From Bdellovibrionales bacterium (lineage in GTDB: Bacteria; Bdellovibrionota; Bdellovibrionia; Bdellovibrionales; UBA1609), in NCBI GenBank assembly GCA_965199825.1, contig OZ241329.1, forward strand, positions 2,624,001 through 2,688,000: a stretch of 64,000 nt of DNA. The letters run 5' to 3'. The notes under the pieces were generated by a model that was not told the DNA's origin, did no database searches, and saw nothing but the letters and a program-made list of their open reading frames with translations. A program made the translations under genes and the position numbers. How positions within the stretch are numbered: position 1 is the stretch's first letter; each line of letters begins with the position of its first letter. Positions 48,487 to 59,117 of the stretch are shown here, one piece after another.

Positions 48487-48702
48487 GTGTCGAAAAAGGA
48501 AGTTATGGAAATTACAATAAGCACAAATGATGAAATCACAATCCGCGAGCAGTTTTTGCTCGACTACACCACCTGCTGCCTTTGCGGCTCAGATTTGATG
48601 TTCACCCACGTCACAAAATTTGTGACCGGCGAAGTCAAAGAGCAAGGTGCCTGCGAAAGTTGCGGCATCGAACACGCTCCTAAGAGTCATCCCCTACAGT
48701 AA
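48487..48702 (+). CDS. Small zinc-ribbon protein
   Basis: CCLCG...CESCG; AAGGAGG RBS. Confidence 0.7.
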   Translation: MSKKEVMEITISTNDEITIREQFLLDYTTCCLCGSDLMFTHVTKFVTGEVKEQGACESCGIEHAPKSHPLQ

Positions 48703-50569
48703 GCTCTGTGGGGCTTTCATCGGTGAGGCTTAAGAGCACCCGCTCTGCCAAAACCCGATTAAAGCCTTTCAGTAGCAACAGCTCCTCGAGCTTGGCGATC
48801 TTGATCGCCTCGAGCGTGCCAAACTTTTCGAGTAAAAGTTTTTTCTTTTTCTCACCGAGTCCCGTAATCAAGTCCAGCTGGCTCTGTAAAGTTTTTTCGT
48901 CGCGCAATTTGCGATGAAATGTAATTGCAAATCGATGGGCCTCATCACGTAGCCCCACAAGAATTTGATAAGCTTCAGAGTGTGTGGGAAATAAAACCGG
49001 ATTTTGACGATTGGGTAAAAAAAAGCGCTCCTCGCTGCTGGCAATTTCTTGATCACTAAATTCACCTTGAGTTCTCGCCTTAGCAAGACCTACGACTGCA
49101 AGCTCTGGCCGACCCAGTTCTTTTAAAACTTCAACCGCCATTTTGAGTTGACCCTTACCACCATCGACCACAATCAAATCGGGATCGTCATACTCGGTGT
49201 GTTTAAGCCTGCGTGAGAGAACCTCTTTCATCGAGGCAAAGTCATTGGGGCCTTCAACCGTTTTGATCTTATAGAGCCGATAGTCCTCTTTTTTGGGGGC
49301 GCCATCTTCGAACACCACTTGCGAGGCCACACTCTCGGCACCTTGAAAGTTTGAAATATCAAAACACTCCATGCGGCAGGGCAAATTTTTAAGACCGAGT
49401 CGCACTTTGATTTCTTCAAGGCCTTTTGTCCGGCTTTCTTTTTTGGCAACCTGATCTTTAAAATGGGCTTGAGCATTTTCAAGCGCCATATCCACCAACT
49501 TTTTGGCATCCGGCCCGGTGGGTGGAATGATTCGGGGTTCGATATCTTGCCGCTCTTTAAAAACTGCCTTTAAAAGTTTAGTGATCTCCGGCCCCAAGTC
49601 CACCTGCAAAATAATTTCTTCGGGTACAATATTATCTAAATAATATTGATTTAAAAATGAAGTCAGCCATTCTCTGACGTCTTCTTCTTCAGAGCTTGAG
49701 TTGAGCCGTGGCAAAAAATGGGATCGATTCCCAATCATGCGGCCCGCACGAATGTGTAAGGTCTCAATCAGTGTTCCGCGCTCATCACCAAAATAAACAA
49801 TAACGTCTTGATCAAATTCTTTTTGGCTCACGACGGTTTGTTTTTGCCAAATCCGTTTCACCGCATTGACCGAGTCACGAAGTTTGGCCGCGGCCTCAAA
49901 GCGCTCCTCTTCAGAGGCCTTTTTCATTCTGTCAGAAATCGACTTCACCACTTTTTTATCTCGACCTTTTAAAAAAGCCACCGCCGATTGAATGTCCTCG
50001 CGGTAATCTTCCTTAGAAATCAAATCCACGCAGGGTGCCGTGCAGCGCCCGATTTGGTGGGTCATACAGGGGCGTTTGCGGGTATTAAAAAAAGCATCAG
50101 CACAATCACGAATTTTAAAGGTAAGCGAAATAAATCGCAGAGTCTCGCGCACCGATCCCGCTGAGGTGTAGGGCCCAAAATAAAGCGAGCCATCGTGTTT
50201 TACTTTTCGACTTAAATAAAAACGTGGGTATTCATCGGCAAGGCTCACCCGAATATAGGGATAGGCTTTGTCGTCTTTGAGCCGAATATTATATCGAGGT
50301 TTAAATTTTTTGATTAAAGTCGCTTCGAGTAAAAACGCTTCGACTTCGGTTTTGGTTAAAATGTATTCGATATTTTGGATGTGATTGACCAAGAACCGCG
50401 TTTTTAAACTGTGCTCATAATTTTGATAAAAATAAGTTCGAACACGACCCTTGAGGCTTTTGGCTTTGCCGACATAGATCACCTTGTCTTTGATATCTTT
50501 CATCAAATAAACGCCGGGTGTCTCGGGCAGGTCGGCAATAATAAGCTTAAGATGTTCTCGGCTATCCAT
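48680..50569 (-). CDS. uvrC: Excinuclease ABC subunit C
   Basis: PGVYLMK, IYVGKAK, LKDDKAYPY, FEAAAKLRD, ECFDISN, VDGGKGQ, RDEAHRFA. Confidence 0.98.
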   Translation of the reverse strand: MDSREHLKLIIADLPETPGVYLMKDIKDKVIYVGKAKSLKGRVRTYFYQNYEHSLKTRFLVNHIQNIEYILTKTEVEAFLLEATLIKKFKPRYNIRLKDDKAYPYIRVSLADEYPRFYLSRKVKHDGSLYFGPYTSAGSVRETLRFISLTFKIRDCADAFFNTRKRPCMTHQIGRCTAPCVDLISKEDYREDIQSAVAFLKGRDKKVVKSISDRMKKASEEERFEAAAKLRDSVNAVKRIWQKQTVVSQKEFDQDVIVYFGDERGTLIETLHIRAGRMIGNRSHFLPRLNSSSEEEDVREWLTSFLNQYYLDNIVPEEIILQVDLGPEITKLLKAVFKERQDIEPRIIPPTGPDAKKLVDMALENAQAHFKDQVAKKESRTKGLEEIKVRLGLKNLPCRMECFDISNFQGAESVASQVVFEDGAPKKEDYRLYKIKTVEGPNDFASMKEVLSRRLKHTEYDDPDLIVVDGGKGQLKMAVEVLKELGRPELAVVGLAKARTQGEFSDQEIASSEERFFLPNRQNPVLFPTHSEAYQILVGLRDEAHRFAITFHRKLRDEKTLQSQLDLITGLGEKKKKLLLEKFGTLEAIKIAKLEELLLLKGFNRVLAERVLLSLTDESPTELTVGDDS

Positions 50570-51892
50570 TTAGAGCTTTGTAGCAGCTTCCAATGATTCC
50601 AACATATAATTCATTTTTATTTCGTCGAGGCCCGGATGAACACCAATCCAAAAAAACAAATTCATAATTTTATCGGTGGCGGTAAGCTCTTCGTGCACAC
50701 GGAAGTCTAACTTTTTGTACGCCGGTTGCTTGGTGAGATTTCCGCCGAACAATAATCGGGTGCCAATTTTTCTATCGTTTTCTAAAAATTGCACCACTTG
50801 GTTTCGCTCTAATCCATTTTCACAATAAAGCCCAAATCCAAACCAACTCGGATTGGTCTCATCGGTAGCGCTCACTGTTCTATAGAATTTTTTGAGTATG
50901 GGAGAAGCTTCGAGTCCGGATTTTAAAAATTTATAATTTTTTCGACGTGCAGAAATAAACTGATCCGCCTTTGTTAGCTGACTGATTCCAAGTGCGGCCT
51001 GGATATCAGTGGCTTTTAAATTGTAACCGACGTTTGAGTAAGTGTATTTGTGGTCATAACCAAAGGGCATATCGCCAAGCTGCCACTCAAATCTTTTTTG
51101 GCAGGTATTGTCTTTTCCTGAATCACACCAGCAATCTCTGCCCCAGTCTCTCACGCTTTCTGCAACTTTTCTCAATCGCGCATTAGCACTCATCACAGCT
51201 CCACCCTCACCGGTTGTGATATGATGGGCAGGATAAAAACTGCAGGTTGCATATTCACCAAAAGATCCGACCCGTCGATTTGCGATCTCTGCGCCTAAGG
51301 CATCACAGCAATCTTCGACCACCAAAAGCTTAGGAAATTCTTTTTTGATCAGATCCACACGATAGGGATTACCCAAAGTGTGGGCCAAAACAAGTGCGCG
51401 TGTTTTTGGAGTGATTGCTTCACGAATGGTCTCAACACTCACATTAAGAGTGGCCTCGTCGACATCTAAAAATACCGGCTTAAGATGATTTTGAAAAATC
51501 GGATTCACTGTAGTCGGAAATCCTGCAGCCGCAGTTAAGACTTCATCACCCGCTTTAAGAATCGGAAAGCCAAGGGCTTCGAGTCCACCTGCACATAAGC
51601 TGCTCACCGCAAGAAGATTTGCACTGCTGCCGCTGTTTACAAAAAGGGCCTTGAGGGATCTACCAAAAAATTGCGGCAAGTTTGTTTCAAATTCTTTGGT
51701 GTAGCGACCCGAGGTAAACCACATATCTAAACTGGCATCTAAAACATGTTTGAGATCTTCAAAATCAACTGTCTTTACAGTGACCGGAATGTATGTCTTT
51801 TTGGCTTCAAATAAGGTTTGACGCTGAGGCTGTTCTGAAAAAAACTGACTTGCGGCTTCGAATATTGGAGAACGATCAGATTGAATTTCCAT
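50570..51892 (-). CDS. rfbH: CDP-4-keto-6-deoxyglucose 3-dehydrase (E1)
   Basis: VNSGSSANLLA, AHTLGNP, EDCCDALG, SFYPAHHITTGEGG (His in place of the PLP Lys), RDWGRDCWC, YDHKY. Confidence 0.95.
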   Translation of the reverse strand: MEIQSDRSPIFEAASQFFSEQPQRQTLFEAKKTYIPVTVKTVDFEDLKHVLDASLDMWFTSGRYTKEFETNLPQFFGRSLKALFVNSGSSANLLAVSSLCAGGLEALGFPILKAGDEVLTAAAGFPTTVNPIFQNHLKPVFLDVDEATLNVSVETIREAITPKTRALVLAHTLGNPYRVDLIKKEFPKLLVVEDCCDALGAEIANRRVGSFGEYATCSFYPAHHITTGEGGAVMSANARLRKVAESVRDWGRDCWCDSGKDNTCQKRFEWQLGDMPFGYDHKYTYSNVGYNLKATDIQAALGISQLTKADQFISARRKNYKFLKSGLEASPILKKFYRTVSATDETNPSWFGFGLYCENGLERNQVVQFLENDRKIGTRLLFGGNLTKQPAYKKLDFRVHEELTATDKIMNLFFWIGVHPGLDEIKMNYMLESLEAATKL

Positions 51893-51942
51893 TCAAATAT
51901 TCAACAAAGGTTTAAGCGAATCGCAAATAGAAAGTGTGAAAG

Positions 51943-52716
51943 ATGAAGTGCGTAATCCTTGCGGGAGGTCTAGGAAGTCGGTTAAGCGAAGAGACCGCAG
52001 TCAAACCAAAGCCTATGGTCGAAATTGGTGGCAAACCGATTCTCTGGCACATCATGAAAATCTACAGCCATCACGGGATCAACGACTTTGTGATCTGCCT
52101 CGGATACAAGGGCTATTATATTAAGGAGTTCTTTGCGAATTACAGTCTTCATTGCTCAGACGTGACTTTTGATTTCTCAAAAAATTCTACGGTGATTCAT
52201 CAATCCTCGTCTGAACCCTGGAAGGTCACGTTGGTGGATACCGGTGATGAAACGATGACCGGAGGTCGAATCAAACGCGTCAAACCCTACATCAAAGATG
52301 AAGACTCTTTTTGTCTCACCTACGGCGATGGATTGTCAGACGTCAACATCACAGATGCCATCGCTTTACATCGAAAATACAACCGACTCGCCACAATCAC
52401 TGCGACTCAACCACCTGGCCGTTTTGGGGCTCTGCAGATCAAAGAGGATCAGGTGGTTCAGTTTGTCGAAAAACCAAGTGGAGATGGTCACTGGATCAAT
52501 GGGGGTTTTTTTGTTCTCTCACCCAAGGTGACCGATTTTATCAAAGACGAACACACGATCTGGGAACAAGAGCCACTGCGCCAGCTCGCAAGCAATGGCG
52601 AATTGTCTGTTTACAAACATCACGGTTTTTGGCAACCCATGGACACTCTACGCGAAAAGTATTTACTCGAAAATCTATGGCAATCCGGATCTGCTCCATG
52701 GAAAACATGGACTTAA
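51943..52716 (+). CDS. rfbF: Glucose-1-phosphate cytidylyltransferase
   Basis: [44 protein letters not shown]. Confidence 0.97.
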   Translation: MKCVILAGGLGSRLSEETAVKPKPMVEIGGKPILWHIMKIYSHHGINDFVICLGYKGYYIKEFFANYSLHCSDVTFDFSKNSTVIHQSSSEPWKVTLVDTGDETMTGGRIKRVKPYIKDEDSFCLTYGDGLSDVNITDAIALHRKYNRLATITATQPPGRFGALQIKEDQVVQFVEKPSGDGHWINGGFFVLSPKVTDFIKDEHTIWEQEPLRQLASNGELSVYKHHGFWQPMDTLREKYLLENLWQSGSAPWKTWT

Positions 52717-53519
52717 CAAATAAACGGATTTTGATTACGGGAGCCACAAGCTATTTAGCAAAAAAATTTTGGCCCTTTTTTATTCATAGTGATCTTTTAG
52801 AAATTGATCGTGGTGATGTTGAACAAAATACTTTTGAAAAAAAAATGACCTCTTTTGGACCAGAGCTTATTTTTCATTTTGCCACCGTTTATGGACGCGG
52901 TGGCGAAAATGAAAAAGTGATTTCAAAGGTCAATTTTGATTTACCTCAAAAGCTCTTTTTAAATTTAAAAAAAGGAATTTTTGTTAACTGCGACACCAAA
53001 CTCCCACGTGAAGTTTCGACCTATGCTCTCTATAAAAATCTATTTCGAGAGTGGGCAATCGATTTTGCCGATAACCAAAAAAGATTTTTAAATTTAAAAC
53101 TCGAACATTTTTATGGACCCAGAGCCCCCGCTCACAATTTTGTAACTTCGGTTGCAAACAAACTCTCACAACATGAGAATATTCCTTTAACCGAGGGTCT
53201 CCAGCAACGAGATTTTGTTTATATTGATGATTGTGTTGAGGCAATGCATCTGTGTGTTTGTGGCTTTATGAGAGATCAAACGCCGTATCAAGAAATTGAA
53301 GTGGGCAGTGGGCAGGTCACCTCAATCCGAGATCTGGTCTTACTGATGAAGAAAATAAGTGGATCTCAATCTCAACTCAAATTTGGAGCTATCGCCCAAA
53401 GGCCTCATGAGGTGATGTATTCTGCGGCCAACATGCACCATCTTTCTCAATTAGGATTTAAACCCCAGATCAACCTTGAACGCGGCCTCGCACTTTTATT
53501 TGCAAAGGATCAAACTTGA
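52698..53519 (+). CDS. CDP-3,6-dideoxyhexose 4-reductase, probable CDP-paratose synthase (Prt/RfbS)
   Basis: [44 protein letters not shown]; start at ATG 52698 or 52707. Confidence 0.75.
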   Translation: MENMDLTNKRILITGATSYLAKKFWPFFIHSDLLEIDRGDVEQNTFEKKMTSFGPELIFHFATVYGRGGENEKVISKVNFDLPQKLFLNLKKGIFVNCDTKLPREVSTYALYKNLFREWAIDFADNQKRFLNLKLEHFYGPRAPAHNFVTSVANKLSQHENIPLTEGLQQRDFVYIDDCVEAMHLCVCGFMRDQTPYQEIEVGSGQVTSIRDLVLLMKKISGSQSQLKFGAIAQRPHEVMYSAANMHHLSQLGFKPQINLERGLALLFAKDQT

Positions 53520-54535
53520 AATTTCTAGTCACGGGCGGTTGTGGATTCTTAGGCAGCAACCTCTCACATGAAGTGATGAAACGAGGACACCGTCTCTTGG
53601 TGGTCGACAATCTTTATCGCACCGGTTCCGAAAGAAATTTAGCCTGGTTAAAAACCATTGGAGATTTTGAATTTCGCCACTGCGATATTCGAAATGCGAA
53701 CGATGTCGACCAGGTCTTTCAGAACTACCGACCTGATGTTGTGTTTCATTGTGCAGGGCAAGTGGCTATGACCACATCAATCGAAAATCCATGTCTCGAT
53801 TTTGAAGTGAATGTGGGCGGAGGATTTCACATTTTAGAAGCCGTTAGAAAATATGTTCCTGAAGCTGCTTTGACATTTTCGAGCACCAATAAAGTTTATG
53901 GTGATTTGATTGATCTAAAGCTTGAAGAATCCACCACTCGTTATATTGCCAACGATTATCCAAAAGGGTTTGCCGAAAACTTTCCTCTCAATTTTTGCTC
54001 ACCTTACGGCTGCTCGAAGGGGGCTGTTGATCAATACATGCTCGATTACGCTCGAATTTTTAATCTCAACACCATCGTCTTTCGGCATTCTTCGATTTAT
54101 GGTGGTAGGCAATATCCCACTTTTGATCAAGGCTGGGTTGGATGGTTTACTCTGAAAGCGATGGCCCAAAAAAAGGGAATCGAAAAATCGTTTACTGTGG
54201 CTGGTAATGGCAAACAGGTTCGAGATCTTTTGTATGTGGATGATATTATCGACTGTTATTTCAGAGCGGTTGACTCTCTTGCGCGCGTCAAGGGGCAGGC
54301 CTTTAACATCGGTGGAGGAGAGCAAAATAGTCTGTCTATTTTAGAATTAATCCATTGGCTCGAACAAAACTTAAGCATCAAACTGCACAAGCAATTTCTT
54401 GAAACTCGAGCCAGCGATCAAAAAGTATTTATTGCCGACAATTCAAAGATGACCGAAGCGACCGGATGGACGCCAAAAATTTCAAATCAACAGGGGTTGT
54501 CACAAATGCTCAATTGGTTAAAGAGTTTGGCATGA
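53516..54535 (+). CDS. tyv: CDP-paratose 2-epimerase (CDP-tyvelose epimerase)
   Basis: GGCGFLGSN, AGQVAMTTSI.NP..DFE.NVGG, SSTNKVYGD, PYGCSKGA.DQYMLDYARIF, FRHSS.YGGRQ, DQGWVGWF. Confidence 0.92.
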   Translation: MKFLVTGGCGFLGSNLSHEVMKRGHRLLVVDNLYRTGSERNLAWLKTIGDFEFRHCDIRNANDVDQVFQNYRPDVVFHCAGQVAMTTSIENPCLDFEVNVGGGFHILEAVRKYVPEAALTFSSTNKVYGDLIDLKLEESTTRYIANDYPKGFAENFPLNFCSPYGCSKGAVDQYMLDYARIFNLNTIVFRHSSIYGGRQYPTFDQGWVGWFTLKAMAQKKGIEKSFTVAGNGKQVRDLLYVDDIIDCYFRAVDSLARVKGQAFNIGGGEQNSLSILELIHWLEQNLSIKLHKQFLETRASDQKVFIADNSKMTEATGWTPKISNQQGLSQMLNWLKSLA

Positions 54536-55593
54536 CTTTTTGGAAACAGAAACGTGTCTTTATAACCGGGCACACCGGATTTAAGGGAAGTTGGCTTTGT
54601 TATTGGCTAGCCCTAAAGGGAGCGGTGGTTGGTGGTTACGCACTGGAGCCTAACACCAATCCAAACCTCTTTGAGCTTTTAAATATTAAAAACTTAATCA
54701 AACAAAATCAGTTTGGTGATATCAACAATCTAGAAAGTTTAAAAAAAAGTATTCATCAATTTAAGCCCGAGATTGTGTTTCACCTTGCAGCACAACCTTT
54801 AGTGAGACTGTCGTACGCTCAACCCCTCGACACATTGAAAACAAATATATTGGGCACCGCACATGTGCTTGAAGCCTTAAGAGATCTGCCAAGTGTTCAG
54901 GCGATTGTTGTGATCACAACAGACAAAGTTTATGAAAATCTCGAATGGGATTGGCCTTATAGAGAAAATGATCATCTTGGAGGCCACGACGTTTACTCAG
55001 CAAGTAAGGCATGTGCAGAAATTGTGACCCAAAGTTATCGTCGTTGCTTTTTTAAAAAGGGCGCAGGCCTTGCGAGCGTTCGAGCAGGCAATGTGATCGG
55101 AGGCGGTGACTGGTCATTAGATCGACTTGTGCCAGATATGATAAGAGCCATTGATGCACGAACTCAGTTTCAACTTCGAAGTCCAGATTCGATTCGTCCG
55201 TGGCAGCATGTGCTCGAGCCTCTTTATGGTTATATGAAAATTGCAGAGCGCTTGTATCTTAAGGATAAAAATGCAGAACAGGCATTTAATCTCGGACCCC
55301 ATGAGGCCGACTGCATCTCGGTAGGCAAAATGGTGCAGATTTTTAAAAAGCATTTTTTGGATCAACTCCAAATTCAACAAATTACATACGCTCAGGCGCC
55401 ACACGAAGCCCAAATCCTAAAACTTGATTGCTCACGTGCAAAAAATGTTTTGGGACTAACTCCCCGCCTAAAGATTGAGGATGCAATCCAAATCACCTCG
55501 ATTTGGTATGACCACTGGATTAAAAAACTGGATCTTACCAAAATCACCCAACAGCAGATTGAAGAGTATGAAAGACTTTATGATAACACCTGA
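54532..55593 (+). CDS. rfbG: CDP-glucose 4,6-dehydratase
   Basis: FITGHTGFKGSWL, HLAAQPLVRLSY, TTDKVYEN, RAGNVIGGGDW, RPWQHVLEPL. Confidence 0.96.
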   Translation: MTFWKQKRVFITGHTGFKGSWLCYWLALKGAVVGGYALEPNTNPNLFELLNIKNLIKQNQFGDINNLESLKKSIHQFKPEIVFHLAAQPLVRLSYAQPLDTLKTNILGTAHVLEALRDLPSVQAIVVITTDKVYENLEWDWPYRENDHLGGHDVYSASKACAEIVTQSYRRCFFKKGAGLASVRAGNVIGGGDWSLDRLVPDMIRAIDARTQFQLRSPDSIRPWQHVLEPLYGYMKIAERLYLKDKNAEQAFNLGPHEADCISVGKMVQIFKKHFLDQLQIQQITYAQAPHEAQILKLDCSRAKNVLGLTPRLKIEDAIQITSIWYDHWIKKLDLTKITQQQIEEYERLYDNT

Positions 55594-56368
55594 TCTCTCG
55601 ATTATAATGCCGGCTTATTTAGAAGCCGAAAATTTAACGGGACTGCTGCCGCGACTCAATCAAACTTTGTTTGATCTAAAGATCAATTTTGAAATTCTTG
55701 TGGTCGACACCCAGGAAGCCATGGATCAGACGCCATCGATCTGTAAAAGGTTGAGTGCGCGATACATCAACCGCTTAAATGGCAATACTTATGGGGATGC
55801 GGTTCAGACCGGAATTCAGGATTCGAAAGGCCGCTACGTTGTTTTTATGGATGCCGATGGCTCGCACAGTCCTGAATTTATAAAAAAACTTTGGGAAGCT
55901 CGCAAAAATTTTGATGTGGTGATTGCCTCTCGCTACATCAAGGGCGGCCAAACCGACAATTCTAAAACTCTTGTGTTGATGAGTCGAATGGTCAATTGGG
56001 GCTATGGTTTTGTACTTGGACTTCGTTGTAAAGACATCTCAAACAGCTTTAAACTTTATGATGGTGAAAAGTTGCGAGCCCTTCGTTTGTGTTTCAAAAA
56101 TTTTGATATTGTCGAAGAGATTCTTTACAAACTTATTTTGATCGAACCTAAACTTCGGATTCATGAAATCCCATTTCGATTTGAACAAAGAAATTTTGGC
56201 ACTACAAAACGTCATTTGGTCGCTTTTGTATTTTCTTATGCGGTCTCACTTTTTAAATTAAGATTTATCAGTCTTGAGTCCTCAAAACTCAAAAAAGGCC
56301 AAACACTCCCCAAAAAATTGGGCACGGACCCCCATAAACAGAAATACCCTCAACCAGATAAGCAATAA
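55580..56368 (+). CDS. GT2 polyprenol-phosphate glycosyltransferase (DPM1-like)
   Basis: SIIMPAYLEAENL, FMDADGSHSP, DVVIASRYIKGG, KDISNSFKLY, EIPFRFEQR. Confidence 0.85.
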   Translation: MITPDLSIIMPAYLEAENLTGLLPRLNQTLFDLKINFEILVVDTQEAMDQTPSICKRLSARYINRLNGNTYGDAVQTGIQDSKGRYVVFMDADGSHSPEFIKKLWEARKNFDVVIASRYIKGGQTDNSKTLVLMSRMVNWGYGFVLGLRCKDISNSFKLYDGEKLRALRLCFKNFDIVEEILYKLILIEPKLRIHEIPFRFEQRNFGTTKRHLVAFVFSYAVSLFKLRFISLESSKLKKGQTLPKKLGTDPHKQKYPQPDKQ

Positions 56369-57425
56369 GAGCAAATTTCATAGCAAGCTTTCTTTGGCGG
56401 GTCTCGAGTAGGGAGGGCAAACAAAACATGGGCAAAAGAAAAGCGCGATGCCAGCTCTGGGTCTCAGGGGTATTGATGATCATAAAAAACTGCCATATTA
56501 AAACTGGCAAGAGTGGCCACCACTTTTTATGAATCAAATAAAAATAAAGAAGAGCAATCGACGTCAAAAACAAAAGATGTCGCCAAGGGTTTATTAGAAT
56601 CTGGCTGAGGTGGTGTCGATTACTGATCGGATACATCCTCAGCGCCGGATAAAGTAAATAAAACGCATAGGCCGAAATCGAAATCAAAACGAATGCGGGC
56701 AAAATCAACCATGGCTTAGAAAGCTGACGTTTATTAACTATTTTAAATAATACGGGAATTAACAAACCCGACCACCACAACGCCCTAAAATGAAAAAATA
56801 CACCAAGCGACCAAAACAAAATGGCTTCGCCAGTTCGATCCTTTGAAAATTTAAGAAACGCAAAGGCTATAAATAAAATGCCTATGGCATCATAAAATCC
56901 CATTAAAGAGAAATTGAGCAGTTCGGTTACAATCAAAGGTAAAATGATGAAAGTTTGAAGCCGATCTTTTAAATCAATAAATTGCAAGAACACTAAGATT
57001 GCAAGATGAGCAAAAATAATAAATTTGAGAATCGAAATCAGATTCACGTTGGAAAAGCTCAGCAGCCCACCCTGGTGAATCAGGCCTTCGGGTGCGGCAT
57101 ACAAAAAGGCTCCGGGCGGATAGGGTCGCGGGTATTGCGACCAGTTGATCAAACCACTATCACCAAAGTCATTGGGCACAAAGCAAGTGGTCTGAGGATT
57201 ATAATACCAATGATTCGCAAATTTTTTTGTTTGCTCATTCAAAGGTGGGCAAATTTGTGAAGACGGTTTGCGGTAAAGATCAAACCCATTTTGCCAAAAC
57301 AACGTGGAACTTGCCCAATGAGACATATGATCTGTTGAAAAGCCGTTCAGCGCCCGAGTGGGAATCGAAAATTTAAATGCGGCGATGACCGAAAAAAACA
57401 GAATTGAAAGACATGTACCTTTCAT
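56289..57425 (-). CDS. Polytopic membrane protein, probable GT-C (GT87-like) glycosyltransferase
   Basis: First TM then loop STDH...YPPGAFL, GFYD motif, about 9 TM. Confidence 0.55.
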   Translation of the reverse strand: MKGTCLSILFFSVIAAFKFSIPTRALNGFSTDHMSHWASSTLFWQNGFDLYRKPSSQICPPLNEQTKKFANHWYYNPQTTCFVPNDFGDSGLINWSQYPRPYPPGAFLYAAPEGLIHQGGLLSFSNVNLISILKFIIFAHLAILVFLQFIDLKDRLQTFIILPLIVTELLNFSLMGFYDAIGILFIAFAFLKFSKDRTGEAILFWSLGVFFHFRALWWSGLLIPVLFKIVNKRQLSKPWLILPAFVLISISAYAFYLLYPALRMYPISNRHHLSQILINPWRHLLFLTSIALLYFYLIHKKWWPLLPVLIWQFFMIINTPETQSWHRAFLLPMFCLPSLLETRQRKLAMKFALIAYLVEGISVYGGPCPIFWGVFGLF

Positions 57426-57688
57426 AAATTAAAATGCACCTTTAGAAAAGCAACTCCACTTGCGCCACAGAGTATAAGGACCCAAAATGTTAATTTTAAA
57501 TTGATAAAGGTATCGAAATCACTTTTTCGAAAAATTCTTAGAATAAGAATTAGAAATGCAGCACCCACAATTTCTATTGGAGTGTTGTTGACACCCACCA
57601 CGTCATCAAGCCCGCAAGCCCAAGACAAAATGATTGTGGCCATTAGGGAATACGGCACCAGATATCCAAGTCCTGTCCAAGTCATCAT
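57422..57688 (-). CDS. Small 3-TM membrane protein
   Basis: 88-aa hydrophobic ORF tightly packed between two GT-C genes. Confidence 0.55.
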   Translation of the reverse strand: MMTWTGLGYLVPYSLMATIILSWACGLDDVVGVNNTPIEIVGAAFLILILRIFRKSDFDTFINLKLTFWVLILCGASGVAFLKVHFNL

Positions 57689-57689
57689 A

Positions 57690-59117
57690 TTAGATTTTTC
57701 CGTGACAGTCGTACACAACCCATGACTTCACTTTGAAACGATTCAACTTTGTTATCAATTCAGGATTTTTTATTCCAAAGGGCAGATTGTTCCAAACCTC
57801 ATCACAGTGTTCGGGTGTTGCTTGACCTCGAGCCTCAGCAACCAAATATATTTTGTTTTCTTGACTGATTACCTGTGGAAGATCATCGATTGAATTCAAA
57901 CTTTTTACCTGAGTGGTCGTTTTGGTATAAAACCAAGGCCGTAAGCCCGAGGGAAAAAAGGGATCCTCACCCAACACCACATATTTAAAATTTTGTGAGG
58001 TTTCATATGCAAATTGATAGAGTGCGAGCTGTCGCTTAGCGGGCGAGACACTCAAATTGAGTAATGTAACAAAATTGATGAAGAGGGCCACTTTTACCGC
58101 CCACCCTTTACTTAAATAGTGTTGGAGGGGGGTAAATTGGTTGAGCACATAAATGCTGACTAACGGAGCAATCGTAAAAATAGGAATCAAATATCTGATT
58201 TCCTTATGACCAACCAAAATATGGAAAATCAAAAACGGCAGACTCACCCAGGTGATGAGATGATCTTTTTTAATCCAAAACCCAACAAGTGTGAGCACCA
58301 ACAAAACTGAACTCAATGGGGGTAAAATCAATGCGGTACTTCTAAAATAATCCCACCACGGATCAACCCCACCGTTCACCAAGGCCCCATCAATAAAATT
58401 GACCCTAAAATAATCCCAAAGAGTAAAGGTCCACTGGCCATAGCCCCAGGAATCAATAAGAAACCCAAGAGCTTTTGCGATCAACAATCCAACCGCAATG
58501 ATCAAGGATTGGGGCACATTCACCTTGCGATAATAAATCGCCCAACACCCAAACCCTAAAATCATAAATGCCATTTGAAATCGACTCTCAAAAGAGAGTC
58601 CTAAAAGTAGTCCGGTAAACAAGCAGGCCCATTTTGCTTTGGGCGAATCTTCAATTTTTAAAATAAATAAGCCAAGTGCCCAGATGAAAAATGAAATTCC
58701 AAAGTTTTCAGATGAGGTGCGCACATGACTAAAAGGTAAAAACCAAAGCAAAAACAAAATAACAAAACTCAGCTTTTGGTCTTGGTCGGTTTTGAACCAT
58801 TTTTTGGTGGCAATAAAAAAATACCCTGCGGTTAAAAAAGCAAAGGTCGCATTCACCAATCGAAACAGAAAGCTGGCAACAAATGGATTTTTAAGCTGCA
58901 AGATTTTGATAATCGAATAATAGACCGCGGGTTGGAAAAAGGAACGCGCTCTTTCTTGAAATTCCCAAGGCAAATCCGATCCATTGATCTGACCTAGTTT
59001 AAGATTGGCAAATTCGACAACTTGAAAATGCTCATCAAAATTAAAAAATCCCACACTATAAATAACCGCGAGAAAATGAAACAAAATGGATAGACCCAAC
59101 ATTTGTTTGAGTGTCAT
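57690..59117 (-). CDS. GT22-like (Alg9/PIG-B family) GT-C glycosyltransferase
   Basis: DEHFQ, LPWEF...RS, RFQ, HKEIRYL motifs; about 11 TM. Confidence 0.8.
   Translation of the reverse strand: MTLKQMLGLSILFHFLAVIYSVGFFNFDEHFQVVEFANLKLGQINGSDLPWEFQERARSFFQPAVYYSIIKILQLKNPFVASFLFRLVNATFAFLTAGYFFIATKKWFKTDQDQKLSFVILFLLWFLPFSHVRTSSENFGISFFIWALGLFILKIEDSPKAKWACLFTGLLLGLSFESRFQMAFMILGFGCWAIYYRKVNVPQSLIIAVGLLIAKALGFLIDSWGYGQWTFTLWDYFRVNFIDGALVNGGVDPWWDYFRSTALILPPLSSVLLVLTLVGFWIKKDHLITWVSLPFLIFHILVGHKEIRYLIPIFTIAPLVSIYVLNQFTPLQHYLSKGWAVKVALFINFVTLLNLSVSPAKRQLALYQFAYETSQNFKYVVLGEDPFFPSGLRPWFYTKTTTQVKSLNSIDDLPQVISQENKIYLVAEARGQATPEHCDEVWNNLPFGIKNPELITKLNRFKVKSWVVYDCHGKI

Noticed and set aside
52311..52697. 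Long N-terminal extension of the 402-aa ORF
   Set aside because: Out-of-frame shadow of rfbF; the SDR domain starts at ATG 52698/52707.
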